A stretch of 64,000 nt of DNA from NCBI GenBank assembly GCA_016741915.1, contig JACVCS010000005.1:1385-65384 (forward strand). Reading direction: 5' to 3'. Each line of letters opens with the position of its first letter. The first letter of the stretch is position 1. Source of the DNA: Phycisphaerales bacterium. Lineage in GTDB: Bacteria; Planctomycetota; Phycisphaerae; Phycisphaerales; UBA1924. This document shows positions 53,755 through 63,703 of the stretch, one piece after another. The position numbers and the translations under genes are program-made. The notes below the pieces were generated by a model, which had not been told where the DNA came from, did no database searches, and worked only from the letters and a program-made list of their open reading frames with translations.

Positions 53755-56700
53755 TCATCGCAGGTTCGCCTCGGGCATGCTCGCAACCATCGCCGCGGCC
53801 TCTCGCGCCCGATCAAGGGCGTTGCCCTTCACCGTCGCCAAAACGCGCTTCACCGCGTCGTTGGAACGCTCGCTCAACAGCGAGCCCGTCAGCCGCATCG
53901 CAAGCAGGTCGATCAGCAACTGCTCACGCTCGGGCTGCAGTGCCGCGTTGCCGCTGCGCAGCGACTCCGGAACGATCGACGCGAGCAACGCTGATTGCTC
54001 GCGTGCGAGTTTCAGCCGCTGGATCATCGCGTTGCTGTCCGCCCACGGCGCGTCCTCGAGCGCGTACCCGTCCGGCGTCGGGCAATCAAAGATCCCCGCC
54101 TTGCAACGCCGAAGGAACCCCGCCACCGGCTCAGCCCGAACCTGCTCGTGCGTTCGCTGCAAACGCAGGGCAAAGTCCAGCGGGTGGGCCAATCGCGGCG
54201 CGCCCAGCAGGTCGAGCAGCGGATGCTGCGCAATCGCCCGCACGCACGCGCCCAGGTCCCCGCCGCTGGTTTGGAAGACCAGCGCCACATCCTCAATCAT
54301 CCGCGGGTCGGCCGGCGACTGCGCGTAATGCTCGCACAACTGCCGCGCGATGAAGCGTGACGTTTGCGGGTGCCGCGCCAGCATCTCCAACGCCATCAGC
54401 GCCCGATCGAACCGCGCCGCCGGTTCCGCGGCTTCAAACCGCACGCCGAAGACCCGCTGGGCTTTCTCGTCGTTCATCCGCGGATCGAAGCGGAACTCGT
54501 ACGTCCGAACGTCCTTGTCGTTGCGGGCTTCGCTCTCACCCTGCCTCGCCGCGATCCAACCCGTGATCAGCCGGGCCATCGCTGTCACGTCGCTCTGCGT
54601 GTAACCAGCCTTCACCCCCAGCGTGTGCAGCTCCATCACCTCGCGTGCATAGTTCTCGTTCAGCCGCCCCTTGTAGCTGTTCTGCTGATCGAGGTACAGC
54701 ATCATCGCGGGGCTGGTGGCGCTGCTGATCAGCAGATCGCCCAGCGGAGCATTCCCCAGCCGGTTGAACCGCTCAAACTCCGCCCACTTGCGGTCGGGCT
54801 CAACCTTGCGTGACCACGTCGTAAAGTGGTTCTGCACCCAGTTTACCAGCCGCGCCCGCACCGGCGTGCGTGTCAGACTCGTCAACGTCACCACCCGCGC
54901 CGCCACGTCCTGCTCACGCCGATGCAGCACGAACTTCGCCACCGCGGCGCTCAGCGCCGGCTCAGGCTCAACGAACCCATCGTCCGTGCTCTCCGCACTT
55001 CCAATCGACGATCCGCCAAGCTCACGCTCCAGCCACGCCTGCTCACCCAAACTCAGGATCCCCGCCATCGTCGCGTCATCAGGCCCGAAGGCGAACCGCT
55101 CCGCCATCGCCGCCGCCCGCGCGAATCGGCTCCCGCCCCGCGGCATCTCACCAGTCACCGTCACCGTGCGTGACTCGGTCGTCACCGTCACCGCCGGGCC
55201 TTTCTCGCCGCGATTGGCCGAGATTTTGGCGCTCAGCTCGTGCGTACCAACACTCAACCCCCGCATGGGTGCGGGCAGATAGATCAACCCGGGTTTGCCG
55301 GCCACGCTCGAAACGATCCCCGTCGGTTTCCCATCGATCAACAGTTCGGCGCTGCTGATCTCCAGCCCATGACCCGCGAACGCCCGGACCACCAACGCGT
55401 CCGCTTCAAACGACACATGCGACGAACTGCCGATCGGTGTCGGCGGCGGCGGATACACAACCTCGCTCACCACCAGCTTCGCACGTGTCCCACCGCTGCC
55501 CGAACCCTTCGCACGATCTTCCGAGTCGCTCGCAACCGGCTCGAGCCACAAACTCTCAAAGTACATCCCCGCTTCGCTCGTCGTGGCTTCATACCCCGTC
55601 TGGTCATACCGCAGCGTCAGCGTCTTCGCCCCGGGCGTCAGCGTCACCGTCCCCAGTTCCACCATCGACAGCGACGACCGCAGCGCACCCGCACCAACCT
55701 CTTTCGCCTCGCCGCCCGCGCCCTGCGCCGCCAGCAGCTTCACCGTCGGCAAGCCCTTGCTCGCATTCCCGCGCGCTTCGAGCGTCACCCGGTACGTTCC
55801 CGCCATCGCCCCCGGCAGCCTCAGCACATAATCCACCCCGCCCGGCAGCGCACACCGTCTGAACTGCGGCGCATCACCCTGCAGCCGCGATCGTTCCTTC
55901 AGCGAAGCGCTCCACGCCGGGTCGTGCATCGTGTACCGCACCGCACGCGCCCGACCTCGCGTCGTCTCTTCGCTGACCGCCCCGAAATCGGGCCCCGCCA
56001 GATCCGTCGGCAGCACCAGCCGCTGCGTCGCGCTCCGCGCCGTCAAGCCGTTGTGCGCCACCGACTCCAACCACACCCGGTTCTCACCCGGTTTCAACCA
56101 CGACGGATCGAGCTTAAACCGCACCGTCGCGGCGTACTGCGACGAAACCTCCACCCCGTTGACCATCAAGCGAACCAGCGGCGCCCGCGTTCGATCCGCC
56201 GCATCCCACGCGCACACACCCTCGATCGTCACCACGCCCGTGACTTCCTGCCGATCAAAAATACTCGTCAGCGCCACCCGGCTTGGGCGCCAAGCCGTTC
56301 CCGAAAGATCATCCGCTTGAAGCAGCAACGGGTCCATCGCCGATAGCGGCTGCGTCGCGGGATCAACCTTCTCCCCCGCGTTCTTCGCGCCGGGGCCGGT
56401 CATCATCATCGCCTCACCCTCGCCCTGCATCGTCGCGCCCGCCATCATCTCCCCGCCGCCCGCCATCATCTCACCCTCGCCGCCGCCCTTCGCCGAAGCC
56501 ACCCGCGTGCCGAGCGCCACATCGCTCACCCGCGCGATCTCGATGGTCTCCAGCCGAAGGTTGCGATCACCCAGGTTCCCCGCGCCGAAGTCATTCTCAA
56601 ACCGCGCCGAGAGCGTCCGCGTCCCCGCCTCCAGCATCACCGGCACGCCCACCACCACCCGGTGCCAGTCGTTCATCACCAGTTGCCCGCTCGTCACAGG

Positions 56701-58191
56701 CTGGTTCGCGCCATCCACCACGAGCGCAACCGTCGGATACACCCCGCCCGCCCAATCACCCGCGGCCGTCACGATCATCTGGTACAGCCCGGTGCTCGGC
56801 ACCTCAATCCGTACCCCCAACGTCGGGTCCGCGCTGTTGTTGATCACCACCCGCCCCATGCGCCCGCCGAAAGCCCGCTGATCGGCCCCCGTCACAACCT
56901 TCCCACGGTTGAACCGTTCGGGGCGATACTCCTCCTTCAGGTCCGCCGCGGGAATCGAGAAAAACGTCCCCGCGCGTCCGGGAGGAAGTTCAACGGTCAT
57001 CTGCGAGCCCATCGTCGTAGCCGCGCCGGACGGAGCCGCCGCACCTCGAGCACCGGTCCCTCCCGCCCGCTCGTCGTTCTCACGCTTGCCGCCCAACTCT
57101 CCGGGCGAGGCCAGCTCCGCCGTGCTGGGTCTCGGGATGATCCGAACGCGCGTCGACGGGCCACGAACACCCTGCGGATTCAACGAACTCACCGGCCCCT
57201 GCGCTGGCATCGCCACGGGCGTCAGCGTCAGAACCCCCGATGCATCGGGCGACATATCCCCAGCCGAGAGTTCAAAGCTCGCCGTGCGGGTCGGGCCCTG
57301 CGAGAGATCGGTCAGCGACGTGGACTCCACCAACCGCCCAACACCCGACGCGCCGAGGATCTCGAGCTTCACAACCCCGTTCGGCGACGCCGGGTTGTCG
57401 GTCCAACTCACCCCGACCGTGAGCGCCGACTGCCGAGCCGCCAGCACCGGGTCGATCGGCTTCGTTCGCGATGGCTTATCCCCCGCCTCCGACGCGGGCA
57501 ATCTCGGTGCATCGCCCCCTCCAGCCAACGCACCGGGCCAGATCACCGCGCCATCCAACGGCGCCACGATCCGCGGCGTGCTCAGCTCGCTCCACGCACC
57601 ACTCCGCGCAGGCACCACCGTCACACGCTGCACCGCCCCGCCCACACGCAACTCCGCCGTCCCCGGGCGAAGCGCAAGCACCCGCACAAACCCGACCTCA
57701 TACCCAGGGATCACCTCCGCCGGTCGAACCACCGCCAGCACGTTCACATCGCTCACCGAACTGGCAATCACCACCGGCGCGGGCTCATCCGCCAACCGTG
57801 CCTTCCCCTCACGCACCGTCTTTGACTTGTCTTCATTCGCGCCGCCACCCGTCGAATCATCGCTCTCGCTCGCCGCCGCCGCCGGTGCCAACTTCACCGC
57901 CCCGGGCGCAAGGAACGCCAGCATGTGCGTTCGTCCCGCCTCAACCACCGTCGTTGCGACCTCAAACCGAACACCCAGTCCATCTCGCGATTCGTCAGGA
58001 TTTTTCCGCTCAGGCTTCCTCGCCGGCTTCGCCTCAGCGGGCGCGCCGACCGAGCCGCCGCCACCGCGCGGCTCCGCCTCAGGCTTGCCCGCGTTCTGCG
58101 CAAGCACGCCCCCGTGCAACAGCCCGGCGCCAACAAACAAAGCGGCCATCAACCGACGAGTCGAGAGATTCCGTGCGAAGGGGCTGCTCAT
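53755..58191 (-). CDS. giant secreted protein with C-terminal DUF1800 domain
   Basis: 1478 aa. Signal peptide RRLMAALFVGAGLLHGGVLAQ. The C-terminal ~480 aa carry DUF1800 hallmarks (FVLHRRE..., HFTTW, NENYAREVMELHTLGVKAGYTQSDVTAMARLITGW). The N-terminal ~1000 aa form beta-rich extra domains and include a Met/Gly-rich insert. Confidence 0.85.
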   Translation of the reverse strand: MSSPFARNLSTRRLMAALFVGAGLLHGGVLAQNAGKPEAEPRGGGGSVGAPAEAKPARKPERKNPDESRDGLGVRFEVATTVVEAGRTHMLAFLAPGAVKLAPAAAASESDDSTGGGANEDKSKTVREGKARLADEPAPVVIASSVSDVNVLAVVRPAEVIPGYEVGFVRVLALRPGTAELRVGGAVQRVTVVPARSGAWSELSTPRIVAPLDGAVIWPGALAGGGDAPRLPASEAGDKPSRTKPIDPVLAARQSALTVGVSWTDNPASPNGVVKLEILGASGVGRLVESTSLTDLSQGPTRTASFELSAGDMSPDASGVLTLTPVAMPAQGPVSSLNPQGVRGPSTRVRIIPRPSTAELASPGELGGKRENDERAGGTGARGAAAPSGAATTMGSQMTVELPPGRAGTFFSIPAADLKEEYRPERFNRGKVVTGADQRAFGGRMGRVVINNSADPTLGVRIEVPSTGLYQMIVTAAGDWAGGVYPTVALVVDGANQPVTSGQLVMNDWHRVVVGVPVMLEAGTRTLSARFENDFGAGNLGDRNLRLETIEIARVSDVALGTRVASAKGGGEGEMMAGGGEMMAGATMQGEGEAMMMTGPGAKNAGEKVDPATQPLSAMDPLLLQADDLSGTAWRPSRVALTSIFDRQEVTGVVTIEGVCAWDAADRTRAPLVRLMVNGVEVSSQYAATVRFKLDPSWLKPGENRVWLESVAHNGLTARSATQRLVLPTDLAGPDFGAVSEETTRGRARAVRYTMHDPAWSASLKERSRLQGDAPQFRRCALPGGVDYVLRLPGAMAGTYRVTLEARGNASKGLPTVKLLAAQGAGGEAKEVGAGALRSSLSMVELGTVTLTPGAKTLTLRYDQTGYEATTSEAGMYFESLWLEPVASDSEDRAKGSGSGGTRAKLVVSEVVYPPPPTPIGSSSHVSFEADALVVRAFAGHGLEISSAELLIDGKPTGIVSSVAGKPGLIYLPAPMRGLSVGTHELSAKISANRGEKGPAVTVTTESRTVTVTGEMPRGGSRFARAAAMAERFAFGPDDATMAGILSLGEQAWLERELGGSSIGSAESTDDGFVEPEPALSAAVAKFVLHRREQDVAARVVTLTSLTRTPVRARLVNWVQNHFTTWSRKVEPDRKWAEFERFNRLGNAPLGDLLISSATSPAMMLYLDQQNSYKGRLNENYAREVMELHTLGVKAGYTQSDVTAMARLITGWIAARQGESEARNDKDVRTYEFRFDPRMNDEKAQRVFGVRFEAAEPAARFDRALMALEMLARHPQTSRFIARQLCEHYAQSPADPRMIEDVALVFQTSGGDLGACVRAIAQHPLLDLLGAPRLAHPLDFALRLQRTHEQVRAEPVAGFLRRCKAGIFDCPTPDGYALEDAPWADSNAMIQRLKLAREQSALLASIVPESLRSGNAALQPEREQLLIDLLAMRLTGSLLSERSNDAVKRVLATVKGNALDRAREAAAMVASMPEANLR

Positions 58192-58533
58192 GGTCTTCGT
58201 CCCGCTCCGAATGCCTGCTCACAACTTCGTGCCCGACGAGTCTCGTCGATCAGCACCCATCGGCCCGCTCGATCCTCCCCACACCCTCCCACCCTCCGCA
58301 CCGCATTGATCGTCTGACTGATCCCTTTCAGTGTACCGACAAGACCCCGCACGGGTTCACCCGTACGAGCAACATGCTCGCAGAATCGTCCACTTCAAAG
58401 CCTGATCACCAGTGAAACCCAACGCAGTTTGCGTGTACCCTCTCACCCATTCCTACCCACATCAACCGGTCGGCAGCCGATCGGGTCCGCACCGCTCCTC
58501 CGCCCGTTCTTGCTCCTCGAAAGGCCATCGTTC

Positions 58534-59115
58534 ATGCAATCCGTTGCCGTTTTCTGTGGTTCCTCCGCCGGCTCCGATCCGCGCTTCGCCGATGCCGCCC
58601 GTCTCGTCGGTGCCCACCTCGCCCGCACAAACCGCACGCTCATCTACGGCGGCGGCTCCGTCGGTCTCATGGGTCTCTGCGCCGATGCCGCCCTCGCCGC
58701 CGGCGGCAAAGTCATCGGCGTCATCCCCCGCGCGATGGTCGAAGCCGAACGGGGGCACAAAGGCCTCACCGAACTGCACATCGTCGACACCATGCACCAA
58801 CGCAAGGCCCTCATGGCCGACCGCGCCACCGCCTTCGTCGCCCTCCCCGGTGGCTTCGGCACCTTTGACGAACTCTTCGAAATCGTCACCTGGGCCCAGC
58901 TCGGCTACCACCCCAAGCCCATCGGCCTGCTCAACGTCGCGGGCTTTTACTCTCCGCTGGTCGATTTCCTCGACCGCGTGGTCGAAGCGGGATTCATTCA
59001 GCCGCGCTTCCGCGCGATGGTCAACATCGACGAGCACTTCGACCGTTTGCTCGAAATCATGGCACGCTATCAACCGCCCACCGGCGCCGGCTTCGCCCGC
59101 CCCAGCGAACGCTGA
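58534..59115 (+). CDS. LOG-family protein (TIGR00730; cytokinin riboside 5'-monophosphate phosphoribohydrolase-like)
   Basis: Trimmed to ATG 58534. MQSVAVFCGSS, IYGGGSVGLMG, and PGGFGTFDELFE (the PGGxGTxxE motif). Confidence 0.9.
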   Translation: MQSVAVFCGSSAGSDPRFADAARLVGAHLARTNRTLIYGGGSVGLMGLCADAALAAGGKVIGVIPRAMVEAERGHKGLTELHIVDTMHQRKALMADRATAFVALPGGFGTFDELFEIVTWAQLGYHPKPIGLLNVAGFYSPLVDFLDRVVEAGFIQPRFRAMVNIDEHFDRLLEIMARYQPPTGAGFARPSER

Positions 59116-59120
59116 AACGC

Positions 59121-60419
59121 TTACCGCTGCGTCCAGTTCCGCCGGTAGACCAGCCGAACGTCTTCACCCACCACGCGCCGATGCACAACCCGCCAGCGCC
59201 CGGGCGCATCCAACTTCGCGCCACCCTCATCAATCCGCGCCCGCGCCGCAAGACCTTCCATCTTCTCCCAATCAACCCCGGCCGCATCACCCCGCGCCGC
59301 CTTCGCCGCCCCGCCGATGTACACGTGGCACTCATCCACGACGTCTTGCGCAAAGGCCGAGCCCAAAAGCGAAGGACCCGCTTCGATCATCGCCACGTGC
59401 ACATCCATCGACCCACGCAGCAAACGCAGCACACCCGAAAGATCCGCCCGACCACGCGTCCCTTCCACGGACGGATACGCCACCGCGCGGACGCGAAGCC
59501 CGCTCAGCCGAGCATCTCGTTCAGATTCCCCTTCACGCTCCCGTTCGCGAGCAACGACGCCCTCCTCCCCAAACACCACAACCTCACCCTCGCTCGCGCT
59601 CGAGATCAGATTCAGCATCCCCCGCTGACCCGCCAGCCCCGCCTTCATCGCCTGCAAAACCTCCAGCCGCGGATCGATCACCACCCGGTGCAGCGCCCGC
59701 CTCGCCCGCACCCCGCGCACGTTCAGCGACGGATCATCCATGAGTACCGTCCCCGCACCCGTGATCACCGCCCCGCACCGCGCCCGCAGCCGATGCACCA
59801 GCAGCCGCGACTTTTCCCCGCTGATCCACCGCGGCTCATCCGCCCCCGTCACCAGCCGCCCCCGCTCATCCTGCGCCCATTTGGCGATCGTCCAAGGCCG
59901 CTCGCTCACCAGGCCGCGCACGAACGGCTCGCTCACCTCCACCGCCGCCGTGCTCGCGTCACTGAACACCACCTCGATGCCTGCCGCTCGCAGCCGCTCC
60001 GAACCGCCGCTGGCGACCGGGTTCGGATCGCGCCGCGCAATCACGCACCGCGCGATCCCCGCCTCAACCAACGCCCCCGCGCACGGCGGCTGCTTCCCAT
60101 GGTGATTACACGGCTCAAGCGTCACATACGCGGTCGAACCCCGCAGCCGCCCATACACACCCTCCGCCCGCGCACGCGCAATCGCATCCGCCTCCGCGTG
60201 CAGCCCCCCAAACCGCCGATGATGCCCAAACGCAATCACCCGCTCAATCCAAGGCCCCTTCCCCGGCGCAACGAACACCGCGCCCACCTGCGGGTTCGGC
60301 TCAACGTACCCCGCCCCGCGCACCGCAAGCTTCGCCGCAAGATCGAGCGCCCCGCGCACCTCATCGCCGCACCCGCCGAGCGCACCCGCCGACCAACCTC
60401 TCGCGCCCGCCTCGTTCAT
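59121..60419 (-). CDS. ribD: bifunctional riboflavin biosynthesis protein RibD (deaminase/reductase)
   Basis: Deaminase zinc site HAEADAI...TLEPCNHHGKQPPC. The reductase C-terminal domain contains an unusually long insertion (432 aa in total). Confidence 0.9.
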   Translation of the reverse strand: MNEAGARGWSAGALGGCGDEVRGALDLAAKLAVRGAGYVEPNPQVGAVFVAPGKGPWIERVIAFGHHRRFGGLHAEADAIARARAEGVYGRLRGSTAYVTLEPCNHHGKQPPCAGALVEAGIARCVIARRDPNPVASGGSERLRAAGIEVVFSDASTAAVEVSEPFVRGLVSERPWTIAKWAQDERGRLVTGADEPRWISGEKSRLLVHRLRARCGAVITGAGTVLMDDPSLNVRGVRARRALHRVVIDPRLEVLQAMKAGLAGQRGMLNLISSASEGEVVVFGEEGVVAREREREGESERDARLSGLRVRAVAYPSVEGTRGRADLSGVLRLLRGSMDVHVAMIEAGPSLLGSAFAQDVVDECHVYIGGAAKAARGDAAGVDWEKMEGLAARARIDEGGAKLDAPGRWRVVHRRVVGEDVRLVYRRNWTQR

Positions 60420-60422
60420 CGC

Positions 60423-61445
60423 TCACGCCTCGGCCTTCTCAAGCTCAAACCACCCCTTGCCGTTCGGGTTCACCGTGAACAAGCAATGCCCCGCCTCGTG
60501 ATCCAAGCACAACACCCACCCCGACCGCGCCGCCTCCGCCAGAAACCACCCCCGGCTCACCGAGCTCACAAACGGCTCAACGTCGTACGCCAGCGAATAC
60601 GCCTGCCCCACGTGCCACGCCGTGGGCATCACGTCGGGCGTAAAGACCACGCTCCGCCCCTTTGCATCAACAAACCGCACCGCCTGCTGCCCGAACGTAT
60701 GCCCCGGCACCTGGAACACAAACACCCCGGGCATCACCTCCGTCTCACGCAACGCCTGCGGGATCATCGGCTCATCACCCTTCCGCACGATCGACCCCGG
60801 CGCAAACGCCGGCGGCGAATCCACCAGCACCGCCATCTCCTCCATCGGCAGTAGATGATCCGCAAAGTACGTCCGCGTCATCACGCTCCGCGCCGCCTCG
60901 GGCTCCACCGCGTCCAGCCACTCGCGCCGCTGCACAAACAGCCTCGCGTTCGCGAACGTCCGCTTCACGCCCGCATCCGCCCGCGCCGCGCCAAAGCTCG
61001 ACGAAGGCCCGCGCCAGTCCGCCGTCTCCCCCGCCTCGCACACCCGCGTCAGCCCGCCCGCATGGTCAAAGTGCAGGTGCGTCACGCACACCCCGCTGAT
61101 GTCCTTCGCGTCACAGTTCACCTCGCGCAGCGCATCGATGATCGACCGCTCACTGAGCGCAAAGATCTCGCGGTTCTTCGCGTCCAGCTTGTTCCCCGTC
61201 CCCGTCTCGATCAGCACAAGCTTCGGCGCGTGCGGGTGCTTCTTCATCATCTCCCCCGGCACATCATCCAACCGCTCCAAAAGCAAGCAGTTGTGCTGCA
61301 CCGTGATCCGCCCCTTCTCATCCACCGGCGCGCTGCGCGACCACACCACCCGCGGGATCAGCCCGAACATCGAGCCGCCGTCAAGCCGAAACTCCCCCGC
61401 ACGCAGCAGCGTAAACCGGTACCGCACCATCGAAGAACTCTCCAT
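60423..61445 (-). CDS. MBL-fold metallo-hydrolase
   Basis: Start ATG 61443-45 (MESSSMVRYRF). HxHxDH motif VCVTHLHFDHAGG. A downstream His (VFQVPGHTFGQ). Confidence 0.85.
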   Translation of the reverse strand: MESSSMVRYRFTLLRAGEFRLDGGSMFGLIPRVVWSRSAPVDEKGRITVQHNCLLLERLDDVPGEMMKKHPHAPKLVLIETGTGNKLDAKNREIFALSERSIIDALREVNCDAKDISGVCVTHLHFDHAGGLTRVCEAGETADWRGPSSSFGAARADAGVKRTFANARLFVQRREWLDAVEPEAARSVMTRTYFADHLLPMEEMAVLVDSPPAFAPGSIVRKGDEPMIPQALRETEVMPGVFVFQVPGHTFGQQAVRFVDAKGRSVVFTPDVMPTAWHVGQAYSLAYDVEPFVSSVSRGWFLAEAARSGWVLCLDHEAGHCLFTVNPNGKGWFELEKAEA

Positions 61446-61496
61446 ATGCACCCTCTGGCTTCCTCTTCATGTGCCATGTGGCCCTGTGGCCCTGTG

Positions 61497-62744
61497 CTAT
61501 TTGTTTTTTTCCGCCCAAGCAGGCTCCCCCGTCACCTTCGCGATCCAAAGCTGCGAGCTCGCCTTGCTCTCACCTTCAACCTTCGCCCCGCGCTGGCTCG
61601 TCCACATCATCAGCTTCCCCCCACGATCAAAGACCGGCAGCCCGTCAAACCCCGCCGCGTCCGTCACCCGCGCCCGGGGCCAGTCCTTCACCTTCACCGT
61701 CTCCGCGTCCAGCTTCGTCACGTCCTGCGCGATCTTGATCGCGAAGACCTCATAGTTCCCGTGCGAAACCGCGCTCGTCGCGTACACCACATACCCGCCC
61801 GACGGATGAAAGTACGGGCACCAGCTCACCACGCCTTCGTCCGCGGTGATCTGCGTCTCCCGCGCAAGCCCGATCGGCACGCTCTTGTCCCCGCCGTCCC
61901 CAAACGCCACCTCACCCAGAAACACCTGCAAGTTGTTGTCACCCTTCCGATCCGACCTGTACACAATCACCGGCACTTTCGGAAACTCCGGATGAAAAAA
62001 CGGCCCGCCGTCATACCCGCGCGCCGTCACGATCGCCGTGTGCTTCCCCGTCTTCGTATCAAAGATCCACAGGTTCGGATCGTTGTTCGACGGGTCCACG
62101 TGCGTGTACAGATAAAACCGCCCGTCCGCGGAGAACGAACCCTCCGCGTCATACCCCGGGCGCTCAAACATCTTCACCGCCGCGGGCATCGGCACCTTCT
62201 CGCCGCCGCGTGAAACGCCCTCGGGCATCTCAACCGAAACGACTTCCGTCTCAGGCGGGAACTGCCACGAGTACCGCTGGCGATCCTTGCTATACCCGGG
62301 CGTATCCGTCGAAGTGGGGGGGACGATCGTCGAACCGAAGACCACCCGCATCGGGTTCGTCGGATCAATCCACCCGCACGTATTCGCCGAGCCCGGCGAC
62401 GACAGCAGCACAGGCTCCTCAATCCCCGTCACCATACCATCAGTCGTCCCACCCTCCCGCTTCAACCTCGCGGCATACATCGCATAGTTGCCGCTCGGCG
62501 CCTCCCCCGCCCTCGGCCGCTCAATCGCCTGGAACACAATCCACTCCGGCGGGTCCTGATGATCAAAGTACGCCTCCCCCGCCTTCAAAAACCGCTTCTC
62601 ATCCGTGAGCTGCACATGCCCACTGAGAAAAGGCCCCTCCGCATTCACGCCCTCGCCCGTCGGCCGCCCAACCGCCCCAAACCCCGAAACGAGCAACAAC
62701 CCGCCAACCAACGCCAACGCCGCCGAGCGATTCGTCGTCCTCAT
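61497..62744 (-). CDS. TolB-like / PD40 beta-propeller periplasmic protein
   Basis: Start ATG 62742-44 (MRTTNRSAALALVGGLLLVSG). Repeated propeller blades: SFSADGRFYLYT, GGPFFHPEFP, YFHPSGGYVVYAT, PVFDRGGKLMMWTSQR. Confidence 0.7.
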   Translation of the reverse strand: MRTTNRSAALALVGGLLLVSGFGAVGRPTGEGVNAEGPFLSGHVQLTDEKRFLKAGEAYFDHQDPPEWIVFQAIERPRAGEAPSGNYAMYAARLKREGGTTDGMVTGIEEPVLLSSPGSANTCGWIDPTNPMRVVFGSTIVPPTSTDTPGYSKDRQRYSWQFPPETEVVSVEMPEGVSRGGEKVPMPAAVKMFERPGYDAEGSFSADGRFYLYTHVDPSNNDPNLWIFDTKTGKHTAIVTARGYDGGPFFHPEFPKVPVIVYRSDRKGDNNLQVFLGEVAFGDGGDKSVPIGLARETQITADEGVVSWCPYFHPSGGYVVYATSAVSHGNYEVFAIKIAQDVTKLDAETVKVKDWPRARVTDAAGFDGLPVFDRGGKLMMWTSQRGAKVEGESKASSQLWIAKVTGEPAWAEKNK

Positions 62745-62939
62745 GATCAAAGCCTAGGACCCGTACAGTGCACCGATTTTCGGTGGCGCGGCTCAGCCTT
62801 TTCCTTGTCTGCTGATTTCGCCTCCCTTAGCGCCTTCGCGTCTTCGTGCAAACCAAGCCGCACTCGCGTGAATTGAAAGTGCCCACATGCGAGCGAACAC
62901 GATCGAGCGACCCGGATCAATCTGTCGCATCAGCCATCG

Positions 62940-63593
62940 CTATCGTCTGATGTTTCTCGAACTCCATTCCATAATCGTTCCGCTCCAGAGCGGTATGCCT
63001 CGAAAATCCTCTCCATCTTTCGGCTCAATGGGTCGGGTGTCCTTCAACGCCGTCGCCGCAAGTGAGAACCGAAACGAGTACCACGACTTGACAAACTCGC
63101 GCTCAGTCTCGGTCGGATTTGCCGCAAGCCCGTAACCAGCGGTCAATCGCTCGTCCCAACCCGCGGCCCGGAAAGATCGATTCTCGCCACGATCAATCCC
63201 CACCGTTACCCCCATGCCTCCTCCAGGCACCAGATGGAACCAACCTTCACCTCTGAAGATGTGCTCGTTCTCAACGCATCGCCTGAGGAAATCCTCAACT
63301 GACTCCTCCAACTCGCCGGTCAGATAAACGCGTCCATCCTTCGGAAGATCCCAGTCTGGCGAGTACAAAACGCGTCCATCATCCCAAACCGCAAAGATCA
63401 CACCATTCCTGGGATGCTTTGGTCTCCATTCATCTTCTGCACGCCACACACACAGCTTCAGCTTCGGTTCGCCGACGGTAACCCCGGCGCGCCGCGGCTC
63501 CGGCTGTGATCGGGCACAGCCGCTGAAAAACGCCCCAACTGACAACACGCCCGCCACAACACCCACAATCGCCGTTCGACGCTTCATTCGCAT
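62940..63593 (-). CDS. putative lipoprotein
   Basis: Trimmed to ATG 63591-93. MRMKRRTAIVGVVAGVLSVGAFFSG|C lipobox. No family recognised. Confidence 0.6.
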   Translation of the reverse strand: MRMKRRTAIVGVVAGVLSVGAFFSGCARSQPEPRRAGVTVGEPKLKLCVWRAEDEWRPKHPRNGVIFAVWDDGRVLYSPDWDLPKDGRVYLTGELEESVEDFLRRCVENEHIFRGEGWFHLVPGGGMGVTVGIDRGENRSFRAAGWDERLTAGYGLAANPTETEREFVKSWYSFRFSLAATALKDTRPIEPKDGEDFRGIPLWSGTIMEWSSRNIRR

Positions 63594-63703
63594 TCCCCTG
63601 ATGCAGCAGTGAAAACTCGTCGCGTCCGTACATCTGAATGTGGCGAAGTCTCTCGCCCAGGTCTTCGCCTTCCTTCGCGCCTTCGCGTCTTCGTGCAAAG
63701 ACC

